A stretch of DNA of 64,000 nucleotides from Deltaproteobacteria bacterium (GTDB taxonomy: Bacteria; Desulfobacterota; Binatia; UBA9968; JAJDTQ01), in NCBI GenBank assembly GCA_028818775.1, contig JAPPNE010000054.1, forward strand, positions 9,136 through 73,135, read 5' to 3'. Below, piece by piece: positions 57,246-64,000 of the stretch. Each line of letters starts with the position of its first letter. The stretch's first letter is position 1. The position numbers and the translations under genes are program-made. The notes beneath the pieces were generated by a model. The model was not told where the DNA came from. It saw only the letters and a program-made list of their open reading frames with translations, and did not search any database.

Positions 57246-58611
57246 GTCGAATTGACGGCCGCCGGTTCAACGTGGCCAGAATGCCGTAACGCGGCCTCAG
57301 GGTGACCTTGCCCGTGGTCTCGATGGGGTGGTCGGGGACCATCCGGACCTTGAAGCGCTGGAGGATCTGCGCCAGCACCAGTTGGGTTTCGAGCATGGCC
57401 ATGCCGGCGCCGATGCAGGTGCGCGGTCCGGCGGCGAAGGGCAGGTAGGAGAAGGCATGGCGCCCCTCGCTGGCGTTGGGGTCGAAGCGGCCGGGGTCGA
57501 AGCGCTCGGGGTCGGGCCAGAACTCCGGGTGCCGGTGCAGGGAGTAGGGCACCACGACGACATGGGCACCGGCGGGCAATAGACAGCCGTTGAACTCCTC
57601 CTGTCGCTCCGCCCGCCGCACATAGCTCCACACCGGGGGATAGATGCGCATGGATTCCTGCACCACCTGTTTCAGATAAGGGATCCGGGGCAGGTCGTCG
57701 GCGGTGGCGGGGGCGCCGTTCAGGGTCGCGTCCAGGCTTTCGGTCAGTCGTGCTTCAACGTCGGGATGCGCGGACAGCAGATACAGAGTCCAGGCCAGGG
57801 CGTTGGCCGAGGTTTCGTGGCCGGCCAGCATCAGCGTCACCACCTCGTCGCGCATCTGCTTCACGTCCATTCCCTCGTAGTCACTCTCGTCGAGCGCGTG
57901 GATCAGGTGGTCGAGGATGTCGTCGTGGCCCACGCCGCGGCGCCGGCGCGCCTGGATCAATCCGTACACGATTTCGTCGAGCCGCCGGACCGCGCGGCGC
58001 CACTTCAGGTTGTGGGGCGTGGGGACCCACGAGCACAGGGTCATCAGCGCGCGGGTCTCCAAGGGGTTCAGGTTGGCTACTTCGAGGATCTCCGCGATTT
58101 CGTCGCCGTGACGCTTGAGGTCGCTGCCGAACAGCGTTGCGCCGACGATCCGGAATGTCAGCCGGCTCATCTCGCGGTCGATTCGCAGAGTCTCTCCTCC
58201 CGCGCGTGTTTCCCACTCATCCATCAACGAGGACGTGAGCGTATTGATGGTCCCGTCGAAACCGTTGACGCGGTGGTTGCCGAACATGGGCTGAATGAGT
58301 TTGCGCTGTTGAACCCAGTGGGGGCCGTCGTTGGTGACGAGCCCGTTGCCCATGACCTGTGCCAGCACGCGATAGTCGATGGTGCGCTTGGAGAAATGCC
58401 GGTAGTCGCGTGTCAGGACCGGGCGTATGAAATCGGGGTGGTTGACCAAGTAGACATCGTGGAATCCACGCCAGCGCACGAAGTCCCCGTACGTCCGAAG
58501 CAACCCGTGCAACAGGACGTGCAGTTCCGCGCCCACGTGGAGCATCTGGTGGAACCGGGGCGTTGAAGGCGGGGGCCTGAGCGGTTCGTCTGTTTTTCCG
58601 TTCGTGGACAC
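57220..58611 (-). CDS. Cytochrome P450
   Basis: AGHETS, ESMR, PERFDP, heme motif FAAGPRTCIG. Start uncertain. Confidence 0.95.
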   Translation of the reverse strand: MSTNGKTDEPLRPPPSTPRFHQMLHVGAELHVLLHGLLRTYGDFVRWRGFHDVYLVNHPDFIRPVLTRDYRHFSKRTIDYRVLAQVMGNGLVTNDGPHWVQQRKLIQPMFGNHRVNGFDGTINTLTSSLMDEWETRAGGETLRIDREMSRLTFRIVGATLFGSDLKRHGDEIAEILEVANLNPLETRALMTLCSWVPTPHNLKWRRAVRRLDEIVYGLIQARRRRGVGHDDILDHLIHALDESDYEGMDVKQMRDEVVTLMLAGHETSANALAWTLYLLSAHPDVEARLTESLDATLNGAPATADDLPRIPYLKQVVQESMRIYPPVWSYVRRAERQEEFNGCLLPAGAHVVVVPYSLHRHPEFWPDPERFDPGRFDPNASEGRHAFSYLPFAAGPRTCIGAGMAMLETQLVLAQILQRFKVRMVPDHPIETTGKVTLRPRYGILATLNRRPSIRLRKPSAPG

Positions 58612-58762
58612 AAGAACAGTTTAGGAGACGGCGAGGGCTTCATCAACGGGATGGCTCCGTCCCTACTTGCACTATGCCGCATTTCCGATAAAAGAGGGTA
58701 AACGTTCTGTAACTCGCGCTGAACTCGGCGCACCCAAGCGCATCTCTGGAGAGGAAACTCTG

Positions 58763-59365
58763 ATGGCCGAGTATCCCGTCGAGCCCGTATCCCACACCGA
58801 GCCCACCACCAGCCGGAAGACCTACATCGGCGCCCAGTCGCTGCTCGAGGACTCTTTTCGGCTCGGGATGCAGATCCTGGAGAGCGGCTTCCGGCCGAGC
58901 TTCATCGTCGGCATCTGGCGCGGCGGCACGCCGGTGGGCATCGCGGTGCAGGAGCTGCTCGACTACTTCGGCGTCGAGACCGACCACATCGCCATCCGCA
59001 CCTCCTTCTACAAGGGCATCGGACAGACGGATTCCCGGATCCGCGTCCACGGCATGCAGTACATCATCGACAACGTCGAGGCCGATCAGGGCCTGCTCAT
59101 CGTCGACGACGTGTTCGATACCGGTCTCAGCATCGAGGCGGTGCTCGCGCATCTCAAGCGCAAGTCCCGCCGCAACGCCCCCGTGGACACCCGCGTGGCC
59201 ACGGTCTACTACAAGCCGGGCAACAACCGCACCGAGCGCGAACCCGACTACTACGTGCACGAGACCGATCACTGGCTGGTGTTCCCGCACGAGCTTCACG
59301 GGTTGACGCGGGACGAGATCATCAAGCACAAGCTCGGCGTCACGCCCTTCATGCCGCGGCTGTGA
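58763..59365 (+). CDS. Purine phosphoribosyltransferase (Gpt/Hpt-like)
   Basis: GIWRGG, PRPP loop LIVDDVFDTGLS, YYKP, WLVFPHE. Confidence 0.85.
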   Translation: MAEYPVEPVSHTEPTTSRKTYIGAQSLLEDSFRLGMQILESGFRPSFIVGIWRGGTPVGIAVQELLDYFGVETDHIAIRTSFYKGIGQTDSRIRVHGMQYIIDNVEADQGLLIVDDVFDTGLSIEAVLAHLKRKSRRNAPVDTRVATVYYKPGNNRTEREPDYYVHETDHWLVFPHELHGLTRDEIIKHKLGVTPFMPRL

Positions 59366-59374
59366 CGCGTGCAT

Positions 59375-59410
59375 TTCGGGGTTGCATCCCCGAACGACAC
59401 CATATATAGT
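59375..59410 (+). promoter_or_regulatory. sigma70 promoter of nucleoside ABC operon, -35 enclosed by an inverted repeat
   Basis: TTCGGGG-[TTGCAT]-CCCCGAA; TTGCAT (59382-59387), 17 bp, TATAGT (59405-59410). Confidence 0.7.
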
Positions 59411-59463
59411 GCGTGCCCGTTTCGGGTAGCGCTTCATATAGTAGGACCTGACAGACCGCGATC

Positions 59464-61029
59464 ATGGGAACCACGGACCACGGCGGCCGCGGCGGCTATC
59501 TTCTTGAAGCCGAGGAGATCGTCAAGCGTTTCGGCGACTTCACGGCCAACGACCGGGTGTCGCTGCGTGTGCGTCCGGGCGAGATCCACGCCCTCCTGGG
59601 GGAGAACGGGGCGGGCAAGTCGACCCTGGTGAAGATCGTCTACGGCTCGCTCCAGCCCACCGAGGGCCGGCTGCGCTGGGGCGGCGAAGCGCTCACCGTG
59701 CCGAACCCGGCGGCGGCGCGCCGTCTCGGCATCGGCATGGTCTTCCAGCACTTCTCGCTCTTCGACGCGCTGACGGTGGTGGAGAACATCGCCCTGGCGA
59801 TGCCCGGCCCGTTCGATCGGGACGCATTGGCCGAACGTGTCGCGCGCGTGTCCGAGCAGTACGGACTGCCTCTGGATCCCACGGCGCTGGTGGCGGACCT
59901 GTCCGTCGGAGTGCGCCAGCGCATCGAGGTGGTGCGCTGCCTGCTCCAGGAGCCGCGACTCCTGATCATGGACGAACCCACCGCGGTCCTGACTCCCCAG
60001 GAGGCGCGGCAGCTCTTCGTCACCCTGCGGCGGCTGGCGCACGAGGGTTGCGCGGTGCTCTACATCTCGCATCGGCTGGAAGAGGTGCGGGAGCTTTGTC
60101 ATCACGCCACCATCCTGCGCCAGGGCAGGGTGGTAGCCGACGTGGACCCGCGGTCCGAAACCGTATCGTCGCTCGCGCGCCTCATGGTCGGGGCGGACGT
60201 GCAGTCGGTGAACGTCGCGGCGCGGGAAACGCCCGGGCCGGCGGCTCTCACCGTCAAGGGTCTTTCGCTTCCGGCCGACGGGCCTTTCGGAGTACCGTTG
60301 CGCGACGTGTCGCTTCAGGTGCGGAGCGGCGAGGTGACGGCGGTGGCCGGCGTGGCCGGCAACGGCCAGTCGGAGCTGTTCGAGGTGCTGTCCGGAGAAC
60401 GGCTCGCGCCCAGGCCCGAGTCCGTCACCATCGCCGGACAGCCGTGCGGCGAGCGGGACATCACCGAACGGAGGCGCCTGGGCGCGGCCTTCGTGCCGGA
60501 GGAGCGGCTCGGACACAGTGCCGTGCCCGGCTTCGGCCTGTCGGAGAACGTGCTGCTCACCCGCCATGCCGCCAACGACCACTTGGTTCACACCGGCTTC
60601 GTCAACGGCGGCCGCGTCCGCGCCCTGGCGGATCGGATCAGCGCGCGCTTCGACGTCCGCTTCAGCCGCCGGGACCAGGAGGCCGGAGCGCTGTCCGGCG
60701 GCAATCTTCAGAAGTTCGTGGTCGGGCGCGAACTGGACCGGAACCCCCGGGTGCTGGTGATCAACCAGCCCACCTGGGGCGTGGACGCCGGCGCCGCCGC
60801 GCTCATCCGGCAGGCCCTGGTGGATCGGGCCCGGGACGGCGCCGCGGTGCTGGTCATCAGTCAGGATCTCGACGAGATCTTCGAGATCGCCGACCGCATC
60901 ACGGTCATCTCCCGCGGCGCCCTTTCGGACAGCTACCCGGCGCACACCATCGACCGGGAACGCATCGGCATGCTGATGGCCGGTGCGCGCGAAGCCGGCC
61001 CGGGGCCGGAGCGGGACGCACGCGCGTGA
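59464..61029 (+). CDS. CUT2-type ABC ATP-binding protein (nucleoside uptake)
   Basis: LLGENGAGKSTL, DEPT, LSGGNLQK, QPTWGVD. Confidence 0.92.
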   Translation: MGTTDHGGRGGYLLEAEEIVKRFGDFTANDRVSLRVRPGEIHALLGENGAGKSTLVKIVYGSLQPTEGRLRWGGEALTVPNPAAARRLGIGMVFQHFSLFDALTVVENIALAMPGPFDRDALAERVARVSEQYGLPLDPTALVADLSVGVRQRIEVVRCLLQEPRLLIMDEPTAVLTPQEARQLFVTLRRLAHEGCAVLYISHRLEEVRELCHHATILRQGRVVADVDPRSETVSSLARLMVGADVQSVNVAARETPGPAALTVKGLSLPADGPFGVPLRDVSLQVRSGEVTAVAGVAGNGQSELFEVLSGERLAPRPESVTIAGQPCGERDITERRRLGAAFVPEERLGHSAVPGFGLSENVLLTRHAANDHLVHTGFVNGGRVRALADRISARFDVRFSRRDQEAGALSGGNLQKFVVGRELDRNPRVLVINQPTWGVDAGAAALIRQALVDRARDGAAVLVISQDLDEIFEIADRITVISRGALSDSYPAHTIDRERIGMLMAGAREAGPGPERDARA

Positions 61030-62156
61030 AGCTGGTGCTGGAGAAGCGCGCGGAGCGCAGCCGGACCATGCAGGTGGCCTCTCCGCTCCTCGCGGTGGCC
61101 CTCACCATGCTGCTCGGAAGCATCCTCTTCGCCGCCCGCGGCATCGATCCGCTGCACGCCATCCATGTCTACTTCATCAGTCCCCTGACCACGCTTTGGT
61201 CGGTGGAGGAGCTCATCGTCAAGGCCACCCCGCTGGTCCTGATCGGCGCGGGTCTAGCCATCTGCTTTCGCGCCAACCTCTGGAACATCGGCGCGGAAGG
61301 CCAGCTCATCGCCGGCGCTCTTGCCGGCGCCTCCATACCCATCCTGGCGCCCCAGTGGGACTCGGCTCTGGCGATCCCCGCCATGCTGCTGCTGGGGATG
61401 CTCGGCGGCATGGCGTGGGCGGGGGTCCCCGCGCTCCTGCGCAACCGCTTCGGAGCCAACGAGATCCTCACCAGCCTCATGCTGGTGTACGTGGCGCAGT
61501 ATCTCCTGGACTGGCTCGTGCGCGGACCGTGGCGCGACCCCCAGGGATTCAACTTCCCCAAGTCCATCGGTTTCAACGACTGGCATCTGCTGGCCACCTT
61601 CGGCGACGGGCGGGTGCATCTCGGCGCCGTTTTCGCGCTCATCGCGGCGGCGCTGCTGGCCGTGTTCATGGCGCGCACGCTCATGGGCTTCGAGATCCGG
61701 GTAAGGGGAGAGGCCCCGCGCGCCAGCACCTTCGGCGGCTTTTCGGTTCCCGGGACCACTTGGTTCTGCTTCGGCATCTCCGGCGCCCTGGCCGGACTGG
61801 CGGGCATCTGCGAGGTCGCCGGTCCCGTCGGCCAACTCCAGCCCACCATCTCGCCGGGCTACGGCTTCACCGCCATCATCGTGGCCTTTCTCGGGCGGCT
61901 CAATCCACTGGGCGCGGTTTTCGGCGGACTGGTCCTGGCTATCTGCTACCTTGGCGGCGAGGCCGCCCAGGTAGAGCTGTCCATATCCGAGAAGATGGCG
62001 CAGGTGTTCCAGGGCATGCTGTTGTTCTTCATCCTGACCTGCGACACGCTGGTCCGTTGCCGCGTCCGAGTGGAGTGGACGGCCGCAACCCCGTTCGCCC
62101 TGAGCGTAGCGAAGCGAAGTCGAAGGGCGCACGTTCCCAGCGGAGTAGCCCCATGA
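61026..62156 (+). CDS. ABC permease 1 (nucleoside uptake)
   Basis: WNIGAEGQ, GANEILTSLML, GYGFTAIIVAFLGR. Confidence 0.92.
   Translation: MKLVLEKRAERSRTMQVASPLLAVALTMLLGSILFAARGIDPLHAIHVYFISPLTTLWSVEELIVKATPLVLIGAGLAICFRANLWNIGAEGQLIAGALAGASIPILAPQWDSALAIPAMLLLGMLGGMAWAGVPALLRNRFGANEILTSLMLVYVAQYLLDWLVRGPWRDPQGFNFPKSIGFNDWHLLATFGDGRVHLGAVFALIAAALLAVFMARTLMGFEIRVRGEAPRASTFGGFSVPGTTWFCFGISGALAGLAGICEVAGPVGQLQPTISPGYGFTAIIVAFLGRLNPLGAVFGGLVLAICYLGGEAAQVELSISEKMAQVFQGMLLFFILTCDTLVRCRVRVEWTAATPFALSVAKRSRRAHVPSGVAP
62091..62130. repeat. Half copy of the 51399-51497 REP-like element, inside the permease CDS
   Basis: 38/40 identical to 51458-51497 by direct comparison. Confidence 0.9.
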
Positions 62157-63073
62157 GCGCCCTGGAAGCGGTCCTTTTGACCATCATCACGGCGTCGACG
62201 CCGCTGCTGCTGGCGGCCGTCGGCGAGCTGGTGGTGGAGCGGTCGGGCGTGCTCAACCTCGGGGTCGAGGGCATGATGATCATGGGGGCGATCACCGGCT
62301 TCGCGGCCGCGTACACCACCGGTTCAGCCGCGATCGGCGTGGCCGCGGCTGTCGGCACCGGCGTCGCCATGGCGCTCCTCTTCGCCTTCCTGACCCAGAC
62401 GCTGGCGGCCAACCAGATGGCCACGGGCTTGGCGCTGACGCTGTTCGGCATCGGTCTCTCGGGGCTCATCGGCCAGACCTTCACCGGCCTTCCGGGTGTG
62501 AAGCTCGGCGCCGTTCACATTCCGGGGCTGAGCGATCTGCCGCTCATCGGCCCGGTGCTGTTCGCCCAGGACGTTCTCGTGTACGCCTCCATCGCCATCA
62601 CCGCCGGTGTCGCGTGGACGTTCACCCGGACGCGCGCGGGACTGGTCATCCGCGCCGTCGGCAGCAACCATCATTCGGCCCACGCGCTGGGGTATGACGT
62701 GGCCGGGGTTCGCTATCGCTGCATCGCCTTCGGCGGTGCCTGCGCCGGGCTGGCCGGCGGCTACCTGTCCCTGGTCTACACGCCGCAGTGGATCGAGAAC
62801 ATGACCGCCGGGCGCGGCTGGATCGCACTGGCCCTGGTGGTGTTCGCCACCTGGACGCCGATCCGCGTGGCCGTGGGCGCTTATCTGTTCGGCACGGTAT
62901 GGATCATGGGCCTCTACGCCCAGGGGATCGGCGTCACCATCCCGTCCCAGTTCCTGTCGTCGCTGCCGTACCTGGTCACCATCGCCGCGCTTCTGGCCAT
63001 CTCGGGCAACCGTATCTTGACGAAAGTGAATACACCTGCTTGTATCGGTCAAACCTTCGTGCCCGACCGTTGA
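62153..63073 (+). CDS. ABC permease 2 (nucleoside uptake)
   Basis: ERSGVLNLGVEG, GRGWIALALV, LPYLVTI. Confidence 0.92.
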   Translation: MSALEAVLLTIITASTPLLLAAVGELVVERSGVLNLGVEGMMIMGAITGFAAAYTTGSAAIGVAAAVGTGVAMALLFAFLTQTLAANQMATGLALTLFGIGLSGLIGQTFTGLPGVKLGAVHIPGLSDLPLIGPVLFAQDVLVYASIAITAGVAWTFTRTRAGLVIRAVGSNHHSAHALGYDVAGVRYRCIAFGGACAGLAGGYLSLVYTPQWIENMTAGRGWIALALVVFATWTPIRVAVGAYLFGTVWIMGLYAQGIGVTIPSQFLSSLPYLVTIAALLAISGNRILTKVNTPACIGQTFVPDR

Positions 63074-63111
63074 ATCAACCGTACCTTTCACCTATCCGGA
63101 GGAGGAAAAAA

Positions 63112-64000
63112 ATGAGAAAACTCATCGTGCTGGCGGCCGTTCTTGCCCTGTCCCTCGTCACCGCATCCGCGTTCGGGGCAGACCCCTTGAAGGTCGGCTT
63201 CATCTACGTCGGCCCCATCGGCGACCACGGCTGGAGCTACCAGCACGACCAGGGCCGGTTGGCCGTCGAGAAGGCCCTGGGCAACAAGGTGAAGACCCTC
63301 TACATCGAGAAGGTCGCCGAGGGCCCGGACACCGAGCGCGCCATCACGCGTCTGGCCCGCCAGGGCGCCGGCCTGATCTTCACCACCTCCTTCGGCTTCA
63401 TGGACCCCACCATCAAGGTGGCCAAGCGTTTCCCGAAGGTCATGTTCGAGCACGCCACCGGTTTCAAGCGCGCCAAGAACGTCGCCACCTACTCGTCGCG
63501 CTTCTACGAGGGCCGCTACGTCATCGGCCAGATTGCCGCCAGGCTGTCCAAGAACGGCGTCGCCGGGTACATCGCCTCGTTCCCGATCCCGGAGGTGGTG
63601 CGCGGCATCAACGCCTTCATGCTCGGCGCCCAGTCCGTCAACCCCGACTTCAAGATCAAGACCGTGTGGGTGAACTCCTGGTTCGACCCCGGCAAGGAGG
63701 CCGACGCCGCCAAGGTGCTCATCGGCCAGGGAGCAGACATCCTCACCCAGCACACCGACTCCACGGCGCCCATGCAGATCGCCGGCGAAAAGGGCATCAA
63801 GGCCTTCGGCCAGGCGTCGGACATGATCAAGTTCGGCCCCAAGACCCAGCTCACCTCGATCATCGACGACTGGAACCCCTACTACATCCGGCGCACCAAG
63901 GCCGTGCTCGACGGCACCTGGAAGTCCACCGACACCTGGGGCGGCATGGACACCGGCATGGTCGGCATGGCCCCCTACACCAACATGCCCGCCGACGTCG
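63112..64000 (+). CDS. BMP family ABC substrate-binding protein, 3'-partial (absent from the ORF track)
   Basis: GGAGGAGG SD, ATG 63112; manual translation gives a signal peptide, LKVGFIYVGPIGDHGWSYQHDQGR, TTSFGFM, SRFYEGRY, NSWFDPGKE, QHTDS; runs off the window. Confidence 0.93.
   Translation, partial: MRKLIVLAAVLALSLVTASAFGADPLKVGFIYVGPIGDHGWSYQHDQGRLAVEKALGNKVKTLYIEKVAEGPDTERAITRLARQGAGLIFTTSFGFMDPTIKVAKRFPKVMFEHATGFKRAKNVATYSSRFYEGRYVIGQIAARLSKNGVAGYIASFPIPEVVRGINAFMLGAQSVNPDFKIKTVWVNSWFDPGKEADAAKVLIGQGADILTQHTDSTAPMQIAGEKGIKAFGQASDMIKFGPKTQLTSIIDDWNPYYIRRTKAVLDGTWKSTDTWGGMDTGMVGMAPYTNMPADV

Noticed and set aside
59400-59463. Purine riboswitch upstream of the nucleoside ABC transporter
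   Set aside because: The leader is about 50 nt and lacks the TTTCTACC junction and three-helix layout.
63017-63046. Internal promoter for the BMP gene in the AT-richer permease tail
   Set aside because: TTGACG is present but there is no convincing -10 at 16-18 bp.

Overview
High-GC chromosomal window from a diderm, probably deltaproteobacterial-like bacterium (inferred from gene order only). About 66 CDS. I found no tRNA, rRNA, CRISPR array, transposase or integrase. In order: (1) a bamA-skp-lpxD-fabZ-lpxI-Gfo/Idh/MocA-lpxB-msbA-waaA-lpxK envelope operon with lpxA missing from its usual slot; (2) two RRM RNA-binding genes and infA, each with a recognisable sigma70 promoter, infA also with a coupled mini-uORF; (3) a patchwork of catabolic genes (amidohydrolases, frmA plus a lone Mo-hydroxylase large subunit, an atypical TPP E1 alpha/beta pair, LLM, SDR-thiolase-DUF35, an AraC/hydrolase/SnoaL cassette, GMC oxidoreductase), recD2 and an AsmA gene; (4) an unannotated ~370-nt structured transcript (about 41008-41377) between a strong promoter and an intrinsic terminator; (5) a tldD/tldE pair; (6) an NHEJ locus in which full-length ligD is divergent from a Ku carrying an extra ~85-aa C-terminal domain, followed directly by an IrrE/ImmA-type metallopeptidase with no repressor beside it; (7) a 3-hydroxyanthranilate-dioxygenase-like / di-iron / amidohydrolase / SDR / UbiD operon; (8) comF, a P450, a purine PRTase and a BMP-type nucleoside ABC transporter. 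Two REP-like palindrome families occur, one copy in frame inside a permease gene. Best candidates for new biology are the Ku-IrrE-LigD module and the ~370-nt RNA. All calls come from reading motifs by eye; no database search was run.
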